A DNA stretch of 64,000 bases from Octopus vulgaris (Eukaryota): NCBI GenBank assembly GCA_951406725.2, contig OX597824.1:66278001-66342000 (forward strand), given 5' to 3'. The notes under the pieces are model-generated. The model was given only the letters and a program-made list of their open reading frames with translations, was not told where the DNA came from and ran no database searches. Below, piece after piece: positions 1 through 10,598 of the stretch; within the stretch, counting starts at the first letter, position 1; the number at the start of each line of letters is the position of its first letter. The translations under genes and the position numbers were made by a program.

Positions 1-144
1 GTCCTTTGTGGTAGCATTACATAGGTTCTAATCCTATCATTTTAAATGCTGGTGCTCCAACATGTCTACAGCCTTTGGTATGGAACAGAGTAAATAAAGC
101 ACACACACACACACAAAATAATGTAAATGTAAAGAGGAACTTGC

Positions 145-301
145 CAACATCAGATGAAACAGGATGCTTCCGTGTACCATTATCTTCATGGTCAACAGGT
201 TGACTAGTTAATGACAGCATTATCACTTGGGCTACCACCGTCGACTGTTCTTTTAGATCACTGTAAAGGTTTAATTCTTTATCAACAGCTCGCTGCAGCA
301 C
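145..301 (-). CDS. PACS: PACS1/2 homolog, internal coding exon (about 157 bp, probable GC donor)
   Basis: ttttgtAG acceptor. Encodes VLQRAVDKELNLYSDLKEQSTVVAQVIMLSLTSQPVDHEDNGTRKHPVSSDV, with the PACS SLxSQPxDHE motif. Best donor is G|GCAAGT at 144-139, so the exon end is less certain. Confidence 0.88.
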
Positions 302-889
302 CTACAAAATAGAAAGATGATATTGGTAACAGCCAGTTGACATTTGTTGAAATGACATTTAAGAAATTCATAGAACTAGTTTTCTAAACTGACAAAGGGT
401 ATCGTTGATAAGTTTAACCATTAAAAACTCTTGATATTGGCTGTACAGTGTAATGATTGCTATCATTTACAACTATTCTGTAAAAGCTTATCAAAGCATT
501 AACTCTTTTGTAGTCCACTGTTGTGTAAATCCTGTTGTTGACAACATGTTAACCATTTTCATAGATCACAGCTTGTGGAACTACCGTGTAATGACTACTA
601 CTACATATAACTAATATCTACTTCTATATTCTAATAACAAAACATTAATATGCTAATACTTTCACAGCTCACATCTGCAGGTAGCAGTATGTATTAATTG
701 CTACCATATAACCATTAAAACTTTATGCTTTTTCAGGTTGTAAGATACTTGCAATCCTATCTAATAGCCACAACTCCATATGTATAATTATGTAGCTTAC
801 TGAGCTGTGTTAACCCTTTTCACAAGTCACAGTTGTTGATAACACATTATGCAATACAAACTAGTAACTATAACTATTCTAGTTATAAA

Positions 890-1600
890 TAAATAATGGT
901 ATCAAATTTTAACATGAGGCTTGCAATTTCAGAGAGAGGGAGTTAGTCAATTACATTAATTCCAATGTTAACTGGAACTGTATTTTATCAACCACCAAAA
1001 AGATAAAAGACAGTATTATCCTCAGCAGGATTTGAACTCAGTAAGTAAAGAGGCAGAGCAAATGCCACTAGGCATTTTTCGATTCTGCTAGTTCACTTCC
1101 TTCCTTGTCCAATATTTTGAATCTGGATTTGTCCGTTAACAGGGAGTAGCTGGATCTACCTCACTCCTAATCCTTTCTACTATAAGCACAAGGCCTGAAA
1201 TTTGGGGAAGGGGATAGTCAATTACATCAACCCAGTACACAACTGGTATTTATTTTATTGACCTCAAAAAAATGAAAAGTAAAATTGACCTCAGCAGAAT
1301 TTGAACTCAAAACATAAAGATGATTGAAAAGCTGCTAAGCACTTCGCTTAGCGTGGTAATGATTCTGCCAGCCTTTCATAATAATCCTTTCCATTATATG
1401 CACAAAGCCTGAAGTTTGGTGGGCAGGGGCTAGTCAATTACATCAACCCCAACATTCCACTGGTACTTATTTCATCAAACCCGAAAGGATAAAAGGCAAA
1501 GTCAACCACAGTGGAATTTGCATTTGAACTCAAAACGTAGTGACAGACAAAATACTGCTAAGCATTTTGCCTGGCATGCTAATGATTCTGCCAGCTTATC
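890..1600 (-). mobile_element. Head-to-tail array of three tRNA-headed SINEs (Nin/Deu-domain-like; 'family B')
   Basis: Repeated reverse complement of gagctggcagaatcgttagc...ctgagttcaaattc...gcctttcatcctttcggggtcgataaa...gtaccag, at about 890-1100, 1168-1375 and 1381-1600. Confidence 0.8.
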
Positions 1601-1604
1601 ATGT

Positions 1605-1964
1605 CTTGCAAACAACTTGCACATGCAAATGCTACCAGTTAAAAGCTCCGTATACTGGAAGCTAGCAAGTGTATGGGGTCATCAGGAGAGAATGCGCGCC
1701 GTTTCGGGGCCTACCTCTCGATGGCATCAATGCGCACCGGCCCCCCTCACTGATATGAGGCCCCGCTTGCTAGATCAGCTGGTTATGAAGAACTCAATAT
1801 ACTTCTAGCCATCGCTCATCATCTCTTTTTAGCCAAATCCAGTGGCTAGCCTTCTCCACTGTAGATTGGATATCAGTCATGGTGGTATTGACTTTACGAT
1901 GAGTTAGGCCTAGCGATAACAAAAGTTGTCTCACGCTGTGTCCAATAAACCCTCTACATCCGAC
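1605..1964 (-). mobile_element. 5'-truncated RLE-type non-LTR retrotransposon (HERO-like): ORF C-terminus plus structured 3' UTR
   Basis: Minus-strand VGCRGFIGHSVRQLLLSLGL...VEKASHWIWLKRDDERWLEVY* (stop 1794-1796) resembles the EVGCRGF...AExASxWLWxKR end of HERO-clade proteins. GC-rich UTR follows; 5' break abuts an (ATT)n tract. Confidence 0.72.
1662..1773 (-). ncRNA. Candidate permuted, pseudoknotted hammerhead-like ribozyme in the retrotransposon 3' UTR
   Basis: Core motifs AUC (1722-1720), GAAA (1705-1702) and CUGAUGA (1685-1679), with stems I, II and III plus four more helices identifiable by eye. Activity untested. Confidence 0.55.
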
Positions 1965-2004
1965 TATTAATAATAATAATGATGATAATAATAATAATAA
2001 TAAT

Positions 2005-2290
2005 AATGTTTTTAAATGTTGGCACAACGCCAGTAATATTAGGATAGTGGGTACTTCTTTTATCAACCTTGAAAGGATGAAAGTCAACGTTGAACTCAAC
2101 AGAATTTGAACCCAGTGTAAAGAACCAGTAGAAATGCTAAGCATTTTGTCACATTAATAATAATGTGCCAGTTGGCCACATTATAGTAATCTTTCCTACT
2201 CAAGGCACAAGGCTTTAAATTTTGGGGGAGGGGACAAATTGATTATATCAACTCCAGTACTTGACTAGTACTTATTTTATCAACCCCAAA
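2005..2290 (-). mobile_element. Two further decayed family-B SINE copies
   Basis: Same motifs (gaaaggatgaaagtcaa...gaatttgaac; ggcacaaggc..aaattttggggg) as 890-1600. Confidence 0.65.
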
Positions 2291-3329
2291 GTAGTGTATG
2301 GTGTTCCCAATAGAGGTGATTTATAACAAAATCTACTATGTCCAACCTGGTTGGCATTAAGCTTAGGAAGAATAGCAGAGCAATAATCATGAAGCATGTT
2401 GTGGACAATGGAGCCAGCCCGATTGAAGCGGAATGAAGAACGTGCATAAATTCCCAACCTATATTGAAGTAATTAAGCAATGTCCTAACTTCATGGTATT
2501 GTTTGAATTGATGGATAAAACTAAAATATGAAAGACATTTTTCAGGCATTAGGATGGTAGTGTATAGTACTTCCAGTAGAGATGGTTTGTATTAAAATCC
2601 ACTGTATTCGATTTGGCTGTCATTGAACTTAGAATGGTAGAGTGTGATCTGTGAACTGGAGATGGAACTAGAAAATGTTTTATCATGGACATGGAAGATA
2701 CATGAGAAAGACTAAAACTGAGAGCAAAATGCAAGTTCTCAGCAAGTTGTAAAATAAAATACTGATGGTTGGAGTGGTTACTGCTGTACCCAGTTTGTTG
2801 TGGTAGCTGTATACATGCTAAAGTATGGATCAGGTGGCATCCATGCAGCTCAAGACAGCAGGAAGAGGCAATACTGTAAGAAAGTGCTAAAAGCAGTCAC
2901 AGTAGACAAAGGGAATGTATCTTAGTGCAAACTACATGTAAAAATATGATACATAAAATATGTTTCTTTTTACCTGTTTTTCCATGCTACCATAAATTAG
3001 ATGACTATATTATTGACCTTTTGCTTTACAGCCGGAGGCCCTTCTTGTCACTAACCATTACTTGTTTTTCAAATGTCTTCAAATATGTGGAGCAAGCAGA
3101 AGTAACTAAAACACTGCTCATAGCTTGCAACTTTTGTAGAACACACACAAATATAAACAAGACTTTGGCTATGATGGGACTACCATGAAAGGTTTCAATC
3201 ATATTGACCATTATGCTTATTTTTAAGTTTAGTATTTATCTTTGCAACTTCTGTTTGTAGTGCTATAAATATTAAATAGCATCTGTACATATTAAATGCA
3301 TTGCCATAGCCCATCTTGATTGTTATATA

Positions 3330-3513
3330 CTTTTATTCTTTTACTTGTTTCAGTCATTTGACTGTGGTCATGTTGGAGCACTGCCTTGAAGGGTTTTAGA
3401 TGAGCAAATCAACCCCAGGACTTACTTCTCAAGCTTACTACTTATTCTATCAGTCTCTTTTGCTGAACAGGGACATAAACACACCTGCTGTCAAGTGGTG
3501 ATGGGGGGCACAA

Positions 3514-3556
<43 letters not shown>

Positions 3557-3715
3557 ACAGGCTTTTTTCAGTTTCCGTCTACCAAATCCACTAGCAAGGC
3601 TTTGGTCAGCCTGAAGCTATTGTAAAAGACACTTGCCCAAGGTGTCATGCAGTGGGACTGAACCTGAAACTATGTGGTTAGGAAACAAACTTCTTACCAC
3701 ACAGCCATGCCTGCA
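3330..3715 (-). mobile_element. tRNA-derived SINE 'family A', full length
   Basis: Reverse complement of the 4255-4624 element: head, ccttgggcaag core, TA/CA microsatellite, tail. Confidence 0.85.
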
Positions 3716-4254
3716 TCTAAGACCATATCACTCAAGCTATTTCTCTATCCAATGTTCTTACTAACAAGCATTATGTAGTTATCACTGTCTCACTTCTATT
3801 ACTCCCTCCTCTACCATCCATCTGGCTCCTATCACTTTTTTCCATTGTCATTAATACTCATGCTCTGTCTTCTTCCATCCTCTTGGTCATCACTCTTCCA
3901 CTCACCCTCTTAGTCACATTTACCAAGACAACCAATCCAGTATTAGGAACCATGATAAAATATTTCACTATGCTGTGGTTGGCAACTGAATGGATAGAAA
4001 GGAAGCATTTGTCTTACTGAGGCCATGACAACCTCTCTAGTGGGGCTGTCATGACAAAATGTACCTTGTACACTATGTAGAATGGTTAGTATTAGAACAT
4101 ACTAATACTGGTAGTTCCAGTCACACTAACTATGCAAAACTGGAACATATAAGACAATCCTCCAGCTCATCTATGAATAAGGACTAGCTCAGACCAGTGA
4201 CCCATCTAACCCAGGCCAGCAGTAAAAGTTAACATAAAATTATATATATATATA

Positions 4255-4624
4255 GGTGCAGGAGTGGCTGTGTGGTAAGTAGCTTGCTTACCAATCACAT
4301 GATTCCGGGTTCAGTCCCACTGTGTGGCACCTTGGGCAAGTGTCTTCCACTATAGCCTCAGGCCGACCAAAGCCTTGTGAGTGGATTTGGTAGACGGAAA
4401 CTGAAAGAAGCCCATCATGTGTGTGTGTTTGTCCTTCCCAATATCGCTTGACAACCGATGCTGGTGTGTTTACATCCCCGTAACTTAGCAGTACGGCAAA
4501 AAAGACCGATAGAATAAGTACTAGGCTTACAAAGAATAAGTCCTGGGGTCGATTTGCTCGACTAAAGGCGGTGCTCCAGCATGGTCACAGTCAAATGACT
4601 GAAACACGTAAAAGAGTAAAGAGT
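4255..4624 (+). mobile_element. tRNA-derived SINE 'family A', full length
   Basis: Pol III A-box (tggctgtgtggt) and B-box (gggttcagtccc), ccttgggcaagtgtct core, (GT)n, tail ending gtaaaagagtaaaagag. Many copies in the window. Confidence 0.88.
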
Positions 4625-4629
4625 ATATG

Positions 4630-4812
4630 CTGATGCCATGTAAAAAGCACCCAGTAGACACTGTAAAGTGGTTGCTGTTAGGAAGGGCATCCAGCTGTAG
4701 AAACCATGCCAAAACAGACAATTGGGACCTGTTGCTGCTCTCTGGTTAACCAGCTCCTGTCAAATCATGCAGCCCATTTCAGCATGGAAAATAGATGTTA
4801 AATCATGATGAA
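4630..4812 (+). mobile_element. RTE LINE 3' tail fragment
   Basis: gttaggaagggcatccagctgtag...gcatggaaaa...gttaaa..atgatg, matching the 3' end of the RTE at 44715-46223. Confidence 0.75.
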
Positions 4813-5124
4813 ACCTATATTGTAGGTATATAAACAAGGCAAATTTAGCTATTGCTCCACAGATTGAAAACATGAAAAACAACTTTGAGTTTCAAACCTT
4901 ACTGGGTTCTTATCGGAGATGTCTACATCAATTTGACCAATCCTAGAAAAACTAGCGGCCAATCTGTTTATATACACTGCAAATCCAGTAGCTACAGAGA
5001 ACTGGGGCTACTAACTTGCATACCTAAGTGTTTAACATTTTATTTAATATCAGAGGCCTGTCAATGAGGATCAATCCACACAGTGTCAAAGTATGATATA
5101 TGTAAACTATATAATAGATATTGT

Positions 5125-5395
5125 GAGGGCAAGAAGCTTAGTAGGTAGGGCATTCAGCTCAGGATTGTAAGGTTGTTAGTTCAATTCCAAGCGATGTGTT
5201 GTGTCTTTGAGTAAGACAGTTTATTTCACATAGCTCCAGTCCACTTAGATGACAAAAATGAGTAGTGCCTGTATTTCAAAGGGCTAACTTTGTCACATTC
5301 TGTGTCACGCTGAATCTCCCTCAGAAATATGTTAAGGGTACACGTGTCTGGAGTGCAACTGGAACCCTGATCATCATAACTGACGGAGTACCAGT
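5125..5395 (+). mobile_element. tRNA-derived SINE 'family D' (internally deleted)
   Basis: Head plus ttgagxaagaca.tttatttcac core and ctgaatctccct.agaa...actgacggagt tail, shared with 42918-43230 and 27075-27365. Confidence 0.7.
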
Positions 5396-5689
5396 TTTAT
5401 ACTAGACATATAAACGGGGCAAATTTAGGTATTTCTTCATAGAATGAAAAAATGATCATCAGAATATAATTATTTTGACCCTTTTACAAATGACAGTTGC
5501 TAGCAATACTATGAAATAGCTACTCGTATATATTATTATGCCATAAAATGCTAGCATCACTGTGTAATATTTGCTTGCATACGTAACTATTTTTACCTGT
5601 AAATCATATCACAAACTGCCCATTCACTCTACATTTAATAAAGAGCAGATCAAATGGGTTATAGAAAGAGAGGAAAACTGACTACTTAC

Positions 5690-5815
5690 CTGTGACATAT
5701 TTACTTCTCCAACCGCTAATGTTCTGTAGCCTAACATTGTGCGGTTTTTATATTTTTTCCTCCGTTGCAGCATCACTTGTAGCTTGCTGCCATCTCGTTT
5801 CAAAAAATGTGGATA
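5690..5815 (-). CDS. PACS: PACS1/2 homolog, internal coding exon (126 bp, phase 0-0), furin-binding region
   Basis: Poly-T tract plus gcAG acceptor, CAG|GTAAGT donor. Encodes [42 protein letters not shown], a hallmark PACS sequence. Confidence 0.97.
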
Positions 5816-7877
5816 CTGCAAAAAAAAAAAAAAAAAAGTTGTTTAATAAACAAAAGTAAAAGAGATGGGAGGAAAGGAGCAATTTAAAATAAAATAACAT
5901 TTCTAGCGATGATGATGATATTATTGATGGTGAATAACTTATGTCAAGACTGCTATATGGCATGGAAGTAGCTCGTTACCTACTGCTACTACAATGGTCT
6001 CTGATTTTCTGTTTTAGATACATGTATACCACCTCTAACCAAACCCACCAGATACACTTGTCTGCTCCTCTTGCACCAATACGGTATCGTTCTCTTATAA
6101 GGCCAGGCATTAACCACTCAAGCTTTCCATCCAACAATGTCACACTTCTGAAATTCCTTCTCTGCAAATGTTGGCTTCAAAACAAACATCAACAGTATCA
6201 TTTACAGTGTGAGAATCATGGACATTGCACTTCCCCACTAACTAAACCTTAATAAATGAATAAAACAAAAAAACTGACTGGCTCAGGGAAGTAACACATC
6301 TCTACACAATAGATGTGATACCATGATGTATACTGTCATGCAGGCATGTTATTGTTGTTGTTTGCCCCTCCCCTCTCCAAGGTTAACCCAAATTCAAAAG
6401 TCTGACCATGACCATCTATCCCATTTTAGATGTGACTAAACTATGTAATCTAATACAGTGTTTCTCATGAGAGGCAGGACTGGCTGGGTGGATTGAAAAT
6501 GAAGTGGACAAATCACCATTTTTGATAAAAATAAATTATTTGCAACTTTTTACAAGACCATAGCAAAAAGAGGAAAATCACATGGATGTAAACTAAGTTG
6601 TCTTTTTATTAATGAGGAGGTGGGCACTAACAACAGACAGGGCTGGGACTGGTGCTTATCAGTTTGAGAACCACTGATCTAATCATTGTTTTTAGGTATG
6701 CTTTGAGGGAGATTTGGCAGCTATTTCTAGCAGGTGATACAACAGTTATGTGTGTTAGTCTACAGCAGTCACAGGCAAGCTGCGACCTGCAGGCTTGCAT
6801 GCAGCCTATGGGACTGTCTAAATGGTATGCGAATGAAGAATTACTACCTGATGATGAGCCACATTTCGTGCTGTCCACTTCTCAAAAGACATTGCCCACG
6901 CAGTCTTAGTAAATTGGTGAGTACACAAGAATGATTTTTTTAGAGCCAGCTCAAAAGGCTGTGGGAGGATGTAAGTTCATCACTATAGTAATCCAATAAA
7001 ATACAAATCAATGATACTTGTTAACTATATAGTTTGGTAACAACAATGGGTTAGTAAGAGTAAAGTATCTCGACCAGTGACACAGCCAACAGCACAATAC
7101 AAGTAGCAATCATTTGACTTAAGCTACCATCCAATCAACTCATTCAATTATGATTAGCTTTCTGGTGAAAAGTTTTTCCTATTTTGATTAGGCAAAAAAG
7201 TCTTGTAGTTAGTTATATGGAGTGGTTTTCATAACTTTCCCCAGATGCAGTAGCAGCATAAATGAAGTGAAAGAATCAAAGTTTGAAACTGCAATGTGAC
7301 TCAGCTTGTCAGTGGGTTAACTTTTATTCCATATAGCACCTAGCAGCTTTCTGAATAATATTGATTGATTTCTCACATTGGCAGAAGGTCAGAGACATTT
7401 AGAGGAGGCAGATAGTCAAATTTACACCAATACACATCTGGTATTCATTTCATTGAACCTGAAGGCATGAAAGATCTTAACAAAAATGATGAGAGCTAAA
7501 TTCATGATACTGTGGAAGAAAATTATATACCCTAAAGCAGCTCCTGCTTGATGCAATATTTCTAAGACTACCATTTTTGCTTCCCAGATTAATTTTGATA
7601 GCCCCTGGCATGGCTGCATTGTTACAAAGTTTGCTTTGCAACCATCTGCTCTTAGACTGTCTTACCTTGGGCAAATATCAACTACCACTGTCTTTGGCCA
7701 TGGAATTTGTAGATAGAAACTGCATGAAAGCCCATTTTGTGTGTGTGTGTGTGCACGTGCATGCTTGCATGCAAGCACATTTGTGCATATGAAAGTTATA
7801 ATTGCTACTTTTTGCACGAGATCATTTGAGTTGGAAAATATCATCATGTAAACATTATGTCCTGTATATTTACTCTC

Positions 7878-8090
7878 TTAACCTTTTCATTGCCATATCT
7901 CTATTGAAACACAGTGCTTTTGTTTCAGTTAAGTTTGAAAATTACGAAGCATTTAATGAAATAATTTTGTAATTATTAAGCTGATATTTGGTACGTAAAT
8001 CAATATGAAATTTTGTGGGTAGGTCCTTAATTTAGATCACTGTAAACAAGGAAGTTTACATGTTTATATCATAGATCCAAGTGTGGTCTG
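7878..8090. mobile_element. Decayed TTAA-type MITE related to 47975-48203
   Basis: Starts ttaaccttttcattgc; internal sequence resembles the reverse complement of the 47975-48203 element. Confidence 0.5.
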
Positions 8091-9014
8091 AGGTGGCTAT
8101 GAAAATGGTTAAAGTAGTGGAATAAAATCTCCCTTATGTGTAAAACAAGAAAGGGTTGGCGACCATAAGAGCAACATAGCCTCAAATAACTACCCTCCCA
8201 ACTCATGCAAGTATAGAAAAACCGATATAAAAATGAATGGATTGACTTCTTATATTGATATAAGGCCAAAATAGATAGGGGAAAGGATATAACTAATTGA
8301 ATCAACTCCTGTGTATGAAATATTGACGACTTTAGAAAGTTAGAGGGCAAAGTCTACTCCCAACGAGATTTGAACTCAGAAAACCTAGACAGAGAACTAA
8401 ATTCCACTATTGACAATTCATTATTGACCCAGGTAAGGGAATTTTAATAATTTTTCTATCTTATTCTCCCAATCAGGTTTTTATATCTCCTTAGTTTGAA
8501 ATTTCAAATCGATATTTTCGTAAAAGGAAGACAGATCTGAAAACAAATTTGAATTGGGTGGGGGTGGGGGGATCAATAATAAAAACAAACTGATTTTTGA
8601 AAAGGAATCAATTTGAACTTTGTGTATTTTTTTGGAATTTGAACTTCAGTTTCACATTATAATTATTATTATTTGCTTGTTTTAGTTTCTGATTTATTGA
8701 TTTGGAATTTCTAACTTCTAACCATAAAGAAAGAAAAAACAATGTGGGAGGAACAGGGAAAATACAATTAGAATACAATTCTCACACCTAGACTAGTAGA
8801 GCAGGAATATGGTTTAACCTGTAGCTTTTGTACTATGTCTATTAAAAAATTGATCAGCAGTTAATGACCAAGATTTATGGATATACGACAGGAAGTTATT
8901 GGTTTCATTAGGTACACCATAGAGGACAGGTTTCACATAAATATAAGAATTTGAATAGTGAATTAATGAAATATCAATGGGACTGTCTTAACTGAAATAA
9001 ACTAGAGTTAGTCA

Positions 9015-9253
9015 CACTGGTCCCCAATCTTTTTTGCCCTATAGACCAGTTTCATGCAAGACAATTTTCCCACAGACTGGGTGGAGGAATCATGTAGCTA
9101 ATATACACAAAGTACATAATATATTATTTAATTATTACACATATAATACTACATATATAATGCAAAAGTATTTTGCAAAGTACAATAGTCAACAAAATAG
9201 AAATGAAATTTTAAAATTTATTCTCTCTGTAGCCTGGTGGCTGGGGATACCTG
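9015..9253. mobile_element. hAT/Charlie-type MITE
   Basis: Imperfect TIRs cactggtccccaa / ctggggatacctg; subterminal gaccagtttcatgcaagacaattttcccacagac resembles Charlie/MER1-type ends. TSD not clear. Confidence 0.6.
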
Positions 9254-9387
9254 CTTAATAAAGCAATAGGGTCCATCTGTTGGCCAGATATTTTTATACC
9301 CTAAAGAAAAAAGCTAAGCTTCAAAAATACATGTTAGTGTTCTTTGTTGAAATTCGGATAGTTGTTTTTATGGAATTTGAATAAATA

Positions 9388-9590
9388 ATCTTTTCTACTA
9401 TGAGCATACGGCCTGAAATTTGGGGGTAGAGGGCAAGTCAATTATATCGACCCCAGTGCTCAACTGGTACTTATTTCATCAAGTCCAAAAGGATGAAAGG
9501 CAAAAATCGACCTAGGGGGAATTTGAATTTAAAATGGAAGGAAAGAAGAAATGCCGCTTAGCATTTTGGTAAAGATTGTCAGCTTGCCAT
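9388..9590 (-). mobile_element. Family-B SINE
   Basis: atcgaccccagtgctcaactggtacttatttcatc...aaggatgaaaggcaaa motif. Confidence 0.75.
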
Positions 9591-10371
9591 CTTTAGAATT
9601 TTGATAAGGATAATACAATTTTTTTTGTGTATCACACATATATGCAGTCCTTTCTTTAGTGTGGTGGCCACTGACTCACTGAAAATGACCAACTTCTGTG
9701 CTAAAATTACAGATGTAGTGCCACCCCAATCATGGGGTCCCATGATGGCAAAACAATATGAGACCAAGAGAATTTCAATAAAGGACACAGCTACACAGGT
9801 AAATCTTTTTTATAAGCTTTATCTCCAAATTGTTTTTTTCTTTAAAAAAGAGACATAATTTAACTCAACTACTATTCAACTCATTTGCTGAATATAAATA
9901 ACATTGAAACAAAAAAAATTAAGGAAAGGAGATACTACAGTTGTTTTCATTATTTCTTATGGGTACAAAAAGATGACAACACTAACCCTTTCAACCCGCA
10001 AATTTGTTTTAGTGGGTGCAATTTCATTTGGCTACACCTCTGAAAGGCATAAGTGGGTGGCCACATGATACTGTTTACGGTTTGCTAATTGGCAGGAACA
10101 TTATTTTCAGCCATAAACACAAAATCCTGTGGCTGCCCACTTTTGTCTCTTAAGTGTACTCGTAGGCTCAAAGTGTTAATTCCTCATATTAATCTAATCA
10201 AATTTAAAATACATAAAAGAAAACAAAGAACTATTTTTGCTTAAGACATACAGAAAAAATTAAGAGATTTCTTCCTGTAACTGCAATAAAAACCACTGCA
10301 TTTCTCTTGTTTGTAGCCATATCTAAATTTTGATATTCTAGCTTCAATAAATGCAATCCAATCTATCACTA

Positions 10372-10598
10372 TTAACTCTTTAGCATTCAGATTACTCTAT
10401 TAAATATAATGCTTATTCATTCACAATGTTTTGAATTCATCTTGCATTACCTTCTAAGTTCAAGATTTTGATGATGTGATTATTTATTTTTAGATTATTA
10501 TAGTAGGGTAGGTGTGAGAGGCCAGATCTGGTCAGTTTGAACATAAAACAGGTACAATATTTGGGCTGGATATAGCCAGTTTAAATGCTAAAGGATTA
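10372..10598. mobile_element. TTAA-flanked (piggyBac-type) MITE
   Basis: ttaactctttagcatt ... aatgctaaaggattaa termini. Related copies at about 13217-13400 and 35053-35597. Confidence 0.72.

Noticed and set aside
17-144. ORF-track extension of the last PACS exon (GKFLFTFTLFCVCV...)
   Set aside because: Runs through a (TG)n tract with no PACS similarity; interpreted as intron read-through.
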